Of a stretch of 43,707 nucleotides of DNA, positions 20,464 through 31,024 are shown piece by piece. The notes below the pieces were generated by a model, which did no database searches, was not told where the DNA came from, and saw only the letters and a list, made by a program, of their open reading frames with translations. The stretch covers positions 62,001 to 105,707 of the forward strand of contig CAZWDO010000015.1 of NCBI GenBank assembly GCA_964632485.1, read 5' to 3'. Both the position numbers and the translations under genes were made by a program. The DNA comes from an uncultured bacterium. Its GTDB lineage: Bacteria > JAGOEH01. The first letter of the stretch is position 1. Each line of letters starts with the position of its first letter.

Positions 20464-21225
20464 TTAAAACGAATTAGCAACATCAATAAACTCCACCTGG
20501 CAATGGTATTGATTGCTGATGGCTTCACCTAATTTTTTCACGCCTTCTTTTTCACTGGCATAGTGTCCCAGGGCCAGATAATTAATCTGACCTTCACGGG
20601 TCAATTCCTGAGCATATTCTGCCGTTTCTCCAGTAATGAATAAATCCATTTTTTTTATTAAAGCTTCATGCACTAAATCGGCCGCCCCTCCACTAACAAC
20701 GGCAACTGATTGAATCGCGGATTTCCCATGCTTGTAAACCGCTAAAGGAGCCTGTCCCAGATTCTTTTCATAGGTTTGAATGATCGAATCAAAATCCATG
20801 CTATGATCCAGTTGGGCATGATAGCCAATAGCCAAACCATGATAATCGCCGAAAGGAAAGATTTCCATGGCGGGTAACATGCCAATCAGGGCGGCATTAT
20901 TGCCAAGTTGTGGATGCAAATCCAAAGGTAAATGATAACCGTACAAATTGATTTTCCGCTCAATTAAAAACCGAACCCGATCATAAAGCACTCCCTGCAG
21001 TCGAAAATCCATTTTATTCCAAAATAATCCATGATGAACGATGATGGCCTGGCAATTTAATGCGGCTGCTTTTTCAAATAAAGCCAGACTGGCGCTCACA
21101 CCCAGGGCAATTCGCTTGATCTGATCGCATCCCTGAACTTGAAGTCCGTTTAGCGAACTATCTGAGATATCAGAAATTCGTAATAGATTATTCATAAAGT
21201 ATGTTAATTCATCACGATTAATCAT
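20464..21225 (-). CDS. Nif3/DUF34 dinuclear metal-centre protein (YbgI-like)
   Basis: NGLQVQG, VHHGLFW, YHLPLDLHPQLGNN, FITGE and GHYASE. Confidence 0.93.
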   Translation of the reverse strand: MINRDELTYFMNNLLRISDISDSSLNGLQVQGCDQIKRIALGVSASLALFEKAAALNCQAIIVHHGLFWNKMDFRLQGVLYDRVRFLIERKINLYGYHLPLDLHPQLGNNAALIGMLPAMEIFPFGDYHGLAIGYHAQLDHSMDFDSIIQTYEKNLGQAPLAVYKHGKSAIQSVAVVSGGAADLVHEALIKKMDLFITGETAEYAQELTREGQINYLALGHYASEKEGVKKLGEAISNQYHCQVEFIDVANSF

Positions 21226-22709
21226 TTTTCATCCCTATCGTTAAAAGTGTGTTGTTCTCTTCGTAAATCATAGATTGTCTTTACCGGAGCGAAGAGATGC
21301 TCGGGTATTTCAACACAGATGCTATGATAATCCGCCATACAACCGTTCCACAGTCCGGGATTTTCGAAAATTTTGATCGATTTGGCGGCATAAGATTTCG
21401 TTGATATGAAAAACTGTTGAGTATCAGCAAATTTTGTGAGATCATATTTTGTTTTTTCATCCTGCATTGGACATACAACCATATCAACGGGATTAAAATG
21501 AGTCGCCATATCCTGCCATTTTTTTTGATCTTTCCGCAATTGATGCGATTCAAGTATATTCAAACGGATAGCGCCGCATCCGGTTCTTAACCAATACGGT
21601 CCGCCTCCGGGTTCACCACGATTTTTTACAACAGCTATAACTCTCAACGGACGATTTAACTCGTTTTCAGTTATTTCATGCGATTCATCTATGCCAGGAA
21701 AAAGGAAATAGTTCTTCTTTAAATTGTTAATAATGGCATCGGCCTGATTTTTCTGCCGGAGTCGTAAGAGGCTGCGGATTCGCATGAAATCATGCCAAAC
21801 TGTATGGGCAATTCCCAAAAGAATGTTTTGCCAATAAATTCTTTCAGGCCAGTACGGTTCTATCGGAATATTATCAATATTCTTGATCATTATATAAGGA
21901 AACAACAATCGATTGAGATTGGAAAGTAATGCCCCATGCCCACTGGGAAAAAAAACCAATTGGCCGGTATCGTCTAATACGGGTTCTTCTGATTTACATT
22001 CAATCGCTAAATGATCGGTTTTCGAATCCTGTATGGAAATATAAATTTGATATTTAAGACCCAATTCCTGTTCCAGTCTTTCAACTAAATAATTAATATA
22101 TAATTCAACTTGAGATAAGAAATTATAACTAACCGTAAACTCCGCATAAACCGTATGTTTATAGAGTCGACTGGTTTCCCGCAGATGTTCTTCCAAAGCT
22201 TTACGCCAATGGGTTCCGTATTGGTGAAAAGGTAGTAACGCTTTCGGCATTTGAAGATAGGGGGGTTCTCCATTTAAAATGGCTTCGATAATCGCTTTAT
22301 GTTTCAACGTCCAACAAGATTCCGGGTCGGGAACAGGCAAACTTTGAATCAGATGGCGGAACGGAAACTTATCAATTTCTTGAAAAAAAATTCGGCTTAG
22401 AGCATCCATGGGCTCGCCCTCAGGTATCTCCATCATTCGATTAAGGTCACGGAACATGCGAGTCGCGGCCCCTGATGCAGGAATAAATTTAACTTTTAGA
22501 TTATCGCTGATTTGCTCACCGAGAGTTTTTAATTTCCACTGTTCTTCTTCATTCAAGCAAACAATTCCCTGATCCGGCGTAACCGTGCCGATAATATCCA
22601 ACGGAGGAGGATCACGAAAAAAATCGTCATATTGCTTTTCCAGTATTTCCTCTGTAACCGTGTTTAATCGTTTCGGAATCATGCTGGAAAAATTCTTAAA
22701 CTGTTTCAC
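21222..22709 (-). CDS. DUF4301 family protein
   Basis: KFIPASGAATRMF, PKALLPFH, LEEHL, PSGHGALL.NLN, IKNIDN, NRPLRV..VVKNRGEPGGGP, THFNPVDMV, PGLWNG.MA and F.PVKT..DL. Confidence 0.85.
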   Translation of the reverse strand: MKQFKNFSSMIPKRLNTVTEEILEKQYDDFFRDPPPLDIIGTVTPDQGIVCLNEEEQWKLKTLGEQISDNLKVKFIPASGAATRMFRDLNRMMEIPEGEPMDALSRIFFQEIDKFPFRHLIQSLPVPDPESCWTLKHKAIIEAILNGEPPYLQMPKALLPFHQYGTHWRKALEEHLRETSRLYKHTVYAEFTVSYNFLSQVELYINYLVERLEQELGLKYQIYISIQDSKTDHLAIECKSEEPVLDDTGQLVFFPSGHGALLSNLNRLLFPYIMIKNIDNIPIEPYWPERIYWQNILLGIAHTVWHDFMRIRSLLRLRQKNQADAIINNLKKNYFLFPGIDESHEITENELNRPLRVIAVVKNRGEPGGGPYWLRTGCGAIRLNILESHQLRKDQKKWQDMATHFNPVDMVVCPMQDEKTKYDLTKFADTQQFFISTKSYAAKSIKIFENPGLWNGCMADYHSICVEIPEHLFAPVKTIYDLRREQHTFNDRDEK

Positions 22710-24001
22710 TGTTGATTCATTTCTCCGATAGATTGATAAATCTCTTCGAACAAATCGGGAATCTGCTCGTAATCAATACTTGAGAATGCAATCCGCAATA
22801 CAGTTGAATTGATGCTAATTGTACCGATCCCTTTTTTCTCCAAAAGAAAGACCCGTAATTGTTCGGCATCAGTATTCAGAAGCTTTAAACACATAAAATA
22901 ACCGGAATTGAAAGGGAGCGCTTCCCAGGCATTGCGATAACGCGCCTGATGGGCGACCTCTTCTGTTTTTTTTGCGCGGGTTTGTAGGATTTCAATTTTT
23001 TTGGTTTTGGATTTTTCATAATCCGGGTGATTGAGATAACGAAGCAATAATGATTGGCCAAACATGGAATTATTTGAAACACTGCCGCGAATGGATCCTT
23101 TGGTTTTTTCAATAAGAGCGCGATAAAGTTCATCGGAACCATTTTTAATTCCATAAGTTATAAACCCTACCCTGAGACCCCAGAAAAAATCTTCCTTTGT
23201 CGCCGCATCAAGTTTTACGGCCAATAGATTGGGATGCGCATTCGCCAGAAGGACAAATGGCGATTGAGGATAGACATAGGGTGAATAAAACAGACCAAAA
23301 TAGGCATCATCACAAATCACGAGAATTCGGGTTGTTTCGGCTTTTTTCACCAGAATATCGCGAATTGCAAGCATTTCGCTGGTCAAAGGTGAATAACCGG
23401 TGGGGTTGTTGGGGAAATTAAGAATGACGATCAGTTTTTCACCCTCATGGGAATTAATAGTTTCGGCAAAACCTTCCAGATTAAATCCGTTATCTTTGAA
23501 TAACGGGAATGTTTTCATTTGCGCCTGATAGCGCTCATGAAAAATCAGACGGTAATTGCCCCAGTTCAAATCCGGCAAAACGATCGTGTCATCTTTATCG
23601 GTAAAAAGTTCCGATATAACAAACAAACCATGGGTTATCGCGGCGGTTACAGTTGGACGGCTAATAACGCTCGATTTTAAGTCGGGGTTTTGTCTATATT
23701 GTTTTTTTCTCCAAGCATCCAGTAATTGTGGCAATCCTGCCGTACCCGCATAAGGAAATATCTCTTTCTTCTTAAAATCGTTAAAATAGTCCATTGCATA
23801 ATCATGTACCATCACATCATTATTTTCCATAGCCATGCCGATTGTCACATTATAATGATTGGCTTTTTCAGTGGCTTCCGCCGACTGACTAACAATTCCT
23901 CTGGGAAAAAAAAGACGCTGACCCAATGGCGACAACAAATTCCAAACGCTGGGTTGTTCTGCTTGGATAATCTGATTCAATTCAGCGGCAATGGGATGCA
24001 T
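22706..24001 (-). CDS. PLP-dependent aminotransferase, class I/II
   Basis: ATG at 24001 follows GGAGG (24006-24010). LNFPNNPTGY, CDDAY, ATKEDFFWGLRVG (Schiff-base Lys) and LRIAFS. Confidence 0.92.
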   Translation of the reverse strand: MHPIAAELNQIIQAEQPSVWNLLSPLGQRLFFPRGIVSQSAEATEKANHYNVTIGMAMENNDVMVHDYAMDYFNDFKKKEIFPYAGTAGLPQLLDAWRKKQYRQNPDLKSSVISRPTVTAAITHGLFVISELFTDKDDTIVLPDLNWGNYRLIFHERYQAQMKTFPLFKDNGFNLEGFAETINSHEGEKLIVILNFPNNPTGYSPLTSEMLAIRDILVKKAETTRILVICDDAYFGLFYSPYVYPQSPFVLLANAHPNLLAVKLDAATKEDFFWGLRVGFITYGIKNGSDELYRALIEKTKGSIRGSVSNNSMFGQSLLLRYLNHPDYEKSKTKKIEILQTRAKKTEEVAHQARYRNAWEALPFNSGYFMCLKLLNTDAEQLRVFLLEKKGIGTISINSTVLRIAFSSIDYEQIPDLFEEIYQSIGEMNQQ

Positions 24002-24015
24002 TAGACCTCCCGGGT

Positions 24016-24885
24016 TTAGGTAAATAGAAATAGAAAGCGGACTTTTCCGCATAAATCGGTTTCAAAACGGTAGGCTTTATACGCAACGATAGTTTCCTGA
24101 ACAGCAGCTTCCAGTATATACTGCTGATGTTCACCAATTTCCAGCGCAATTAGCCCTTCCGGTTTTAGCCACTGATATCCAGTGTGAATCATCTCTTTAA
24201 TAAAAAAAGTTCCTTGTTCCGGAGCGACTAAAGCCTGGCGGGGTTCAAAATTACGGACATCATCAGGCAAATTATTCCATTCATCTGACGCTACATAAGG
24301 CAGATTAGCAATGATCAGATTAAATTGACGCGGTTTGAAAGCGGAACATAGATCGCCTTGCGCCAACTGAATCTGCGACTCGCAATGATGGACTCGAATA
24401 TTCCGAAGGGCAACGTTCAAGGCCTCAGCCGAGATGTCCACGCCTGCACAATGACTGGTTTTAAGTATTTTAGTCAGACTGATTGCAACAGCTCCTGATC
24501 CGGTGCCGATATCCAAAATTGTATAGGGCATTCCTTCCTTTACAATGGGTTTCGCAATGGCAGCCACTTTTTCTACTAAAAGTTCAGTCTCTGGCCTCGG
24601 AATTAACACATGCTCGTTCACCTCAATACGATACGAGAAAAACTGAGTATGACCGATCAGATATTGCAGTGGGCGATGCTGCAACCGTTGTTGAATAAGC
24701 GATCGATAGTGATCGACTTCATTTTTTACCAGGATTTTATCATAATCCAAATAAAGATCGATTCGGTTCTGATACCCTAAACATTCAATCAACAACCATT
24801 CAGCATTGGTTCGGGGAGAATCGATTTTTTTTAGGGTTAAATAATCGATAGTTGTTTTTAGAATTGATCGGATTGTCCAGTTCAT
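24016..24885 (-). CDS. prmC: Release factor glutamine methyltransferase
   Basis: [25 protein letters not shown] and ANLPYV; directly downstream of prfA. Confidence 0.95.
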   Translation of the reverse strand: MNWTIRSILKTTIDYLTLKKIDSPRTNAEWLLIECLGYQNRIDLYLDYDKILVKNEVDHYRSLIQQRLQHRPLQYLIGHTQFFSYRIEVNEHVLIPRPETELLVEKVAAIAKPIVKEGMPYTILDIGTGSGAVAISLTKILKTSHCAGVDISAEALNVALRNIRVHHCESQIQLAQGDLCSAFKPRQFNLIIANLPYVASDEWNNLPDDVRNFEPRQALVAPEQGTFFIKEMIHTGYQWLKPEGLIALEIGEHQQYILEAAVQETIVAYKAYRFETDLCGKVRFLFLFT

Positions 24886-25949
24886 TGAAGAGTTTTTAGT
24901 CGCTCGGTTTGATCGTAAAAAACTAACGTATCAATCAATTCATCCAAAGCGCCATCTAAAACAGCTTCCAATTGATGAGTGGTAAAATTGATGCGATGAT
25001 CAGTCAAACGATTTTGAGGGTAATTATAGGTTCGAATCTTTTCAGATCGATCGCCACCACCGATCATCGTCTTTCTTTCCTGGGAGATTTTTTCCTGCTG
25101 TTCAGAGATCAGTTTGTCATACAAACGGGCTCGTAAAACTTTCATCGCTTTAGCCCGATTTTTGATCTGGGATTTTTCATCCTGACACTGTACGACTAAC
25201 CCGCTTGATAAATGGGTGATCCTAACTGCTGAATCCGTTGTATTAACATGTTGTCCACCGCTACCGGTAGAACGATAGACATCGATTTTCAAATCCTGCG
25301 GGTCGATTTCCACATCAATATCATCGGCTTCGGCCATCACCGCAACCGTTGCCGCAGAAGTATGAATTCGACCCCCTGATTCAGTTACAGGAACCCGTTG
25401 GACACGGTGAACGCCGCTTTCATATTTAAGTCGGCTGTAAACCCGATCACCCGTGATAGAAAAAACAATCTCACGGAATCCCCCCAATTCAGTGGGATTG
25501 GCATCAATAATCTCTTTTTTCCAGTTCAGCCGTTCACAATACCGTGAATACATTCGATATAGATCGCCCGCGAATAAGGCGGCTTCTCCCCCGCCGGTAC
25601 CCGCGCGAATTTCAAGAATCACATCCTTCTGATCATTGGGATCCTGCGGCAATAACTGTATTTTTATCTGCTCGGCCAGTTCCGCCAGTTGACGGGTCAA
25701 GTCTTCCAGTTCCTCTTTGGCCAAATCAATTAATTCACTATCTGTTCCTTCTTTGATAACACGCCTGTCATCTTCGATTTGCAGGTACAGCTTTTTGTAT
25801 TTGAGTATAAACTGATAAACATCTTCCAAGCCGGACCGTTGCCGTGAAAGTTCCTTTAATCGTTTTGTATCCTGATAGACTTCAGGTTGATGCAGTAAAT
25901 TATTAATTTCAAGGTATTTTTTTTCAATTACCAGTATTTTTTCCCACAT
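24882..25949 (-). CDS. prfA: Peptide chain release factor 1
   Basis: [21 protein letters not shown] (PxT motif of RF1), [13 protein letters not shown] and [14 protein letters not shown]. Confidence 0.98.
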   Translation of the reverse strand: MWEKILVIEKKYLEINNLLHQPEVYQDTKRLKELSRQRSGLEDVYQFILKYKKLYLQIEDDRRVIKEGTDSELIDLAKEELEDLTRQLAELAEQIKIQLLPQDPNDQKDVILEIRAGTGGGEAALFAGDLYRMYSRYCERLNWKKEIIDANPTELGGFREIVFSITGDRVYSRLKYESGVHRVQRVPVTESGGRIHTSAATVAVMAEADDIDVEIDPQDLKIDVYRSTGSGGQHVNTTDSAVRITHLSSGLVVQCQDEKSQIKNRAKAMKVLRARLYDKLISEQQEKISQERKTMIGGGDRSEKIRTYNYPQNRLTDHRINFTTHQLEAVLDGALDELIDTLVFYDQTERLKTLQ

Positions 25950-25980
25950 AACCGTTTACGCTCTAAAAATGTTAATTGAA

Positions 25981-26009
25981 ACGGAGATCTCCATTTTGGG
26001 GACCTCCGT
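25981..26009 (-). terminator. Stem-loop just downstream of rpmE (weak terminator or processing/stability hairpin)
   Basis: Minus strand ACGGAGGTCCCCA-AAA-TGGAGATCTCCGT: 13 positions with one mismatch and one G-U pair, followed by TTCAATT with no long U-tract. Confidence 0.5.
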
Positions 26010-26016
26010 ATGAAAC

Positions 26017-26220
26017 TTACTTGTCAAGATTGTATTTTTTGCGAAATCGTTCAACTCGTCCCGCCGTATCCACCAGTTTGGATTTTCCGGTAAAGAACGG
26101 ATGGCAGGCCGAACAGATTTCCACTTTAATTTCTTTTGCGGTCGAACGCGTGGTAAAAGAGTTTCCGCAAACACAAGTAACTTTTACTTCTTTATAGGGG
26201 GGATGAATCTTGTCTTTCAT
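26017..26220 (-). CDS. rpmE: 50S ribosomal protein L31 (Zn-binding C+ type)
   Basis: MKDKIHPPY...CVCGN...[11 protein letters not shown]...[16 protein letters not shown]. Confidence 0.98.
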   Translation of the reverse strand: MKDKIHPPYKEVKVTCVCGNSFTTRSTAKEIKVEICSACHPFFTGKSKLVDTAGRVERFRKKYNLDK

Positions 26221-26306
26221 TTTTTCCTCCGTGGTTAAAGTTCATCATGAAAAACACAATACTATAATTTAATTTTTTTTCTAAAAAAATCAAGGGTTTT
26301 TTCAAT

Positions 26307-26337
26307 AAAAAAAGCCCTCTTTTTAAAAAAAGAGGGC
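26307..26337 (-). terminator. Intrinsic terminator of the 137-aa lipoprotein gene
   Basis: Minus strand GCCCTCTTTTT...AAAAAGAGGGC followed by T7. Confidence 0.8.
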
Positions 26338-26383
26338 CTTAAGACTTATTTCAATCGAAAGGTTAGTCTTATTCTTTCGTCAG

Positions 26384-26797
26384 TTATTGCGCAGGGGGAG
26401 CAACCACAGCTCCTGTGGAATCTGCGGGAGGCTGCATGGCTGCATTTTCAGCTTCAATTTTCTGCTGAACTTTTTCAGTCACTTCCTTCATCGCATTTTC
26501 CAAATCGTCCATGGCAGCTTTGATTTCAGGATTGCCTTCAGTGCCTTTTACGGCATCTTTGCCGGCAAATCCCAGAGCCTTGGCGATTTCATCCATCTTG
26601 GCATCCAATGCTGTCTGCTGGGCTTCGGGAGTACCATTTTTAATTGCGTCATAAACAGTCTGCGCAAATTCTTCTCCGCGGACGTAAGTAGCCATTTCAG
26701 TATAAAATGACGCTACTTTTTTGTTGTCAGGTCCGCAACCCACTAACATCAGGGCACTCATGATGACGATTAACACTAACACTAACGCTTTTCTCAT
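26384..26797 (-). CDS. Small helical lipoprotein of unknown function
   Basis: MRK, a hydrophobic stretch and an LVGC lipobox; AGGAG/GAGG SD; has its own promoter and terminator. Confidence 0.85.
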   Translation of the reverse strand: MRKALVLVLIVIMSALMLVGCGPDNKKVASFYTEMATYVRGEEFAQTVYDAIKNGTPEAQQTALDAKMDEIAKALGFAGKDAVKGTEGNPEIKAAMDDLENAMKEVTEKVQQKIEAENAAMQPPADSTGAVVAPPAQ

Positions 26798-26911
26798 TTC
26801 CTCACTCCTTACTGTTAAACATTAAACACACAAACGACGAAAAAAAAATATTTTCCTCCTTTTTTTTACGTGTTCGTTTTCATCCGACGTTTTCCTTTTT
26901 TTGGTATCTAT

Positions 26912-26940
26912 ATTATACATGATTTTTTTTTTAATGTCAA
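26912..26940 (-). promoter_or_regulatory. Perfect-consensus sigma70 promoter of the lipoprotein gene
   Basis: TTGACA-TTAAAAAAAAAATCATG (17 nt)-TATAAT. Confidence 0.85.
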
Positions 26941-27070
26941 CAAAAAAATCAATTTTTTTTAAAAGTTGACATTTTTTTTTTAATCTCAGTTCCAATAGTA
27001 CGTTAGCCGAGTATTTCAGACATAATTAACTTTTTTTAGTTTAATTATTTTCTAAAACATCATTTTTTGC

Positions 27071-27099
27071 TTGACTTTTCTATTAAATCCGGCTACATT
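27071..27099 (+). promoter_or_regulatory. Putative sigma70 promoter of the TPR lipoprotein-pyrK-pyrD operon
   Basis: TTGACT-17 nt-TACATT, ending 8 nt before ATG 27108. Confidence 0.6.
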
Positions 27100-27107
27100 T
27101 AGGATAC

Positions 27108-29286
27108 ATGAAAAAAAGAGTAATGATTCAACTTTTCATATTAGTATCATTTATTTTTACCTTCAATTGCGCCTATTTTAACACCTTTTTTTTAGCCAAA
27201 AAGAACTACAATTCAGGTTTTTCATTGCGAAAGAAAGATTTTTACGGTCAAATTTTAAATGAAGAACGTACCTATTATAATAAATCGCTTGAAAAAGCAT
27301 CCTTTTTGTTCCAATTCTATAAGACCAGCCGTTGGGTTGATGACGCTCTATTAATTGTAGGGAAAATCTATTATTTCCGCAATGAGAATATCAGAGCCCT
27401 GACTAAATTTAATGAACTGATTGCCAATTATCCTCAATCGGGGCTCATTGATGAAGCCTCTCTCTGGAAAGCCAGGGTTCTGANNNNNNNNNNTGATTAA
27501 GCTGAACGATTACAATCAAGCGGACCCTCTTCTCAATGAACTCATCAAATCCAACCAATCGCAGAAACTAATCAGCCAGGCATATCTCGAACTGGGAAAT
27601 ATATATTTTGATCGGGAACTTTTTTCATTGGCGAATGATTATTATCAACGATCGCTGAGCCAATTGCCATCCTATCTACATTTTTTTGCGCAGGATCGCG
27701 CAGGCGATACCTATCGGATAATCGGTCAATACTCACTGGCATTGAAAGCTTATCAAAATGCTTTGAAATTGGCGAATAACGAACAACAATCGTATCAGAT
27801 TCGTATCAAGATTATCGATCTTAAAATCACACAGCTTGATTTCAACAGCGCTCTTAAACAGATCAATGAAATACTGGATGAAATCACACTATTTCAAGAC
27901 CGCAATCTGCAAAAAAATCAAAATCTCTACCAATACTATTCACAAACAGCGCTTTTAAAAAAAGCGCTTATTTACGAAAAACTGCGCAATTTCAATATGG
28001 CCGTCAATATCTATGAGGAATTAATCAATAGCTATACCCTGGATACGGTTATCGTGCATGCCCATTATCGGCTGGGGAACTATTTCCTTAAAACTAAATC
28101 CGATTTTACCACAGCCCAATTTCATTTTAAAAAAGTGATGGATCAAAAAAACAATGAATACTTTAAGGAAGTTTCTAAAATTGATGGTATTCTAACCCAA
28201 ATACAAACAATCGGAAATAGTATCAATGAAATTGATCTCACGTTGGATTCACTTTCATATTCCTCTTTTCAGCAATTGACGACATTGGACAGCTCGGTAA
28301 GCCAAAAGCATTTCAATCGGTTAAGGCTTGTGGACAGTTCGTTTCAGATGATCTTTCCCAATAAAAGCAATCAATCGGTTTTTGAAAAAATCGAGGAATA
28401 CTACAGCCGCTTATCTTCCGGCCAACTATTTACCAGCCAATTGGAATTGGCCGAGATTTATCTGCTGGACATGGAGAATCCCGATTTAGCGATTCCGGTT
28501 TATAAACGAATAATCGCTTCTCCCGAATCGGGAGAGGATATCAAAGCGATCGCAACATTTTATCTGGCCTGGAGCTACGAATCCTATTATCATGATAACA
28601 GCGCCGCCCAATCCTATTATCGCCAGCTAATCGAAACCTATTATCGAACGCCTTTTGTTCTTCATCTACTTGATATCCCCATGCCAAAAGATTCAACGGA
28701 AATAGAATTGCAAAAAAGTCAACTCCTGTATAAGTGGATTGATGGTGCCATATCCCACAATGCCATTGACAGCGCGATGGTTTTAACTCAATATTGGTTG
28801 AAACACTATCGGGATTCCATCTATCAACCTCTGGTTTTATATCGCCTCGGATACGTCGCTCATCATTTGATCATGGCGGAAAACCTCGGAAATAATTTTT
28901 ACAAGGAATTAGAAGAACGATTCCCCACTCATGAATTAACCCTTAATTATAAACAAAGCAAAAGCGCTTTGGAAACAAAGATTGAACCCGTTGCTGACAG
29001 TATGGTTTCTCCAACAATGCCCTCTGATTCATTGATTAACGACACTGCAATTATCGANNNNNNNNNNACAATACCCGCCGATTCAATTCAAAAAGATTCC
29101 AGCATTACCCAACCCAAACCAGTCAAACCCATGAAACCGATGCAACCTCTTGAAAAACGACGCTCAGTTATAACTGATTCTACGGCCCTACCCAACGATA
29201 CCCTACCCAACAATACCCAACACAACGATACTCTACCCAACGATACTCTACCCGCCCTTCCCGATAATAGAGAGAATGAACGATGA
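27108..29286 (+). CDS. Large TPR-repeat lipoprotein (one gene, split in the ORF track by the N-gap at 27484-27493)
   Basis: Signal ending FTFN|C-AYFNTFF; TPR-like WVDDALLIVGKIYY and YPQS...DEA. The gap flanks both carry TGA; merging them gives RVLIKLNDYNQAD..., in frame with the 27628 ORF. Low-complexity Pro/Asp/Thr tail; second gap at 29058-29067. Confidence 0.82.
29188..29253 (+). repeat. In-frame 15-bp tandem repeat (about 4.4 copies) encoding LPNDT-like units
   Basis: CTACCCAACGATACC CTACCCAACAATACC CAACACAACGATACT CTACCCAACGATACT CTACCC. Confidence 0.9.
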
Positions 29287-30089
29287 TTCCCTCGAAAATC
29301 AATCCGTTGCCAGCACGGTTGATGGAACGGAAAGAGCTGGGATATAAAATTATTGAATGGAAACTGCAATTGGCCAGCGCGATCAATACCTTACCTGGTC
29401 AATTCGTGAATGTCACCGTCAATGAAAGTTTCGACCCCTTACTCCCCCGTCCTTTTGGCGTTGCAAATTTGGAGGGAACGATTCTTACTCTAATTTTTCA
29501 GATCGTTGGAAAAGGGACAATGCTCATGGCTTCATTGCCAGTGGGTTCAGAAATTAATATTTTAATGCCTCTTGGAAATAGTTTCCCCCCCTCATCACAA
29601 TCGGCCGATACTCTGGTTTTTCTGGTCGGAGGTATTGGTCTGCCCCCTCTACTCTACTATTTATACTATTATCGGAATCAATTACCTGAAAAGGTATATT
29701 TTTTTTATGGCGCCCAAAAAGCGGAACAATTGGTAAAAATTGATGAATTGCAAAAATTTCCCCTGGAACTAATCTTATGTACCGATACCCCGTCCGAATG
29801 GTATCAGGGTCGGGTAACGGAACGTTTCAAGCAGGAGTTACCGGTTATGTCAGGAGGGATTACTGTTTTGAGCTGTGGGCCCAATGCCATGCTATATGCG
29901 CTTCAAACCATGATTCGCGATCGGAATAATATTCAGGCCTGGGCTTCGCTGGAGACCAAAATGGCTTGCGGGATCGGCATCTGCAACGGATGTGTATGTA
30001 AGAGCCGCCGAGAGGAAAAATCCATTTACCAGAAAATTTGTACCGACGGCCCGGTTTTTAATTTGCGGGATATTATATGGACCGATTAA
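29283..30089 (+). CDS. pyrK: Dihydroorotate dehydrogenase B electron transfer subunit
   Basis: PGQFV, LPRPF, VGKGT, GGIGLPPL, CGPNAM and the 2Fe-2S motif MACGIGICNGC...ICTDGPVF. Confidence 0.94.
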   Translation: MIPSKINPLPARLMERKELGYKIIEWKLQLASAINTLPGQFVNVTVNESFDPLLPRPFGVANLEGTILTLIFQIVGKGTMLMASLPVGSEINILMPLGNSFPPSSQSADTLVFLVGGIGLPPLLYYLYYYRNQLPEKVYFFYGAQKAEQLVKIDELQKFPLELILCTDTPSEWYQGRVTERFKQELPVMSGGITVLSCGPNAMLYALQTMIRDRNNIQAWASLETKMACGIGICNGCVCKSRREEKSIYQKICTDGPVFNLRDIIWTD

Positions 30090-30991
30090 AAGCCAAAGTT
30101 GGCAATCTCAAGTTTATTAATCCCTTTATTCCGGCTTCCGGGTGTTTTGGCTATGGCAAGGAAATGCAGGAGATTGCGCCTTTAAATGAATGGGGCGCGG
30201 TACTGTCCAAGACGTTGACACTGGAACCCCGCGCTGGCAATCCCCCGCCCCGCTTGTTCGAGACGACGGCGGGACTATTAAATTCGATTGGTCTGGCTAA
30301 TCCCGGATTATCCGGTTTTTTAGAAAATGTTCTTCCCATCTATCAGGGGGGGGATTATCCGTTATTTATCAGTATCGCCGGCAATACCCGCGATGAATAT
30401 GTCGAGTTGGCCCGGCGTTTACTGCCCATCGAACGCATCAACGGCCTGGAAATCAATATCTCCTGCCCCAATATCCACCAGGGAGGATTGGCTTTCGGAG
30501 TGCATGAAGACACGGTTTTTGAGCTGATCAGCGAGATCCGATCGATTTGGGACCGTGAGTTATGGGTCAAACTGACTCCGAATGTGACCGATATCCGTCC
30601 GATAGCGCGAGCCGCCATCGAAGCCGGCGGGAATGCTTTAGTGATTGCCAATACTTACACTGGCATGGCGATTGATATACATACACAGCGCCCCGTTTTC
30701 GCCAATATCCAGGCCGGACTCTCAGGTCCAGCCATCAAACCCCTCACGCTGCTGAAAGTCTTTCAGGCGTATGCCGATCGTCCGGTTCCCATTATCGCCG
30801 TCGGCGGCATCTGCGGCGCGCGTGATGTGGTTGAGTATCTGCTGGCGGGAGCCTGCGCCGTGCAACTGGGTACTATCCTTTTCCGGCAACCCGCCATCCT
30901 TCTCGGCATTATCTCGGAATTGCTGCAATATATGGAAACCTACGGGATTTCCGAACTTTCCCAACTCATCGGCAACGCCCATACCCGCTGA
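30077..30991 (+). CDS. pyrD: Dihydroorotate dehydrogenase B catalytic subunit (family 1B)
   Basis: ASGCFGYG, GNPPPRL.ET, NSIGLANPG, EINISCPN, VKLTPNVTDI and GLSGPAIKP. Confidence 0.96.
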   Translation: MDRLKAKVGNLKFINPFIPASGCFGYGKEMQEIAPLNEWGAVLSKTLTLEPRAGNPPPRLFETTAGLLNSIGLANPGLSGFLENVLPIYQGGDYPLFISIAGNTRDEYVELARRLLPIERINGLEINISCPNIHQGGLAFGVHEDTVFELISEIRSIWDRELWVKLTPNVTDIRPIARAAIEAGGNALVIANTYTGMAIDIHTQRPVFANIQAGLSGPAIKPLTLLKVFQAYADRPVPIIAVGGICGARDVVEYLLAGACAVQLGTILFRQPAILLGIISELLQYMETYGISELSQLIGNAHTR

Positions 30992-31024
30992 TCTGATTTT
31001 TTTATCATTCCGGACTCATTTTTC

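Noticed and set aside
27481-27630. TPR gene as two genes or a pseudogene
   Set aside because: The break coincides with a 10-N scaffold gap whose flanks share TGA; merging them restores one frame.
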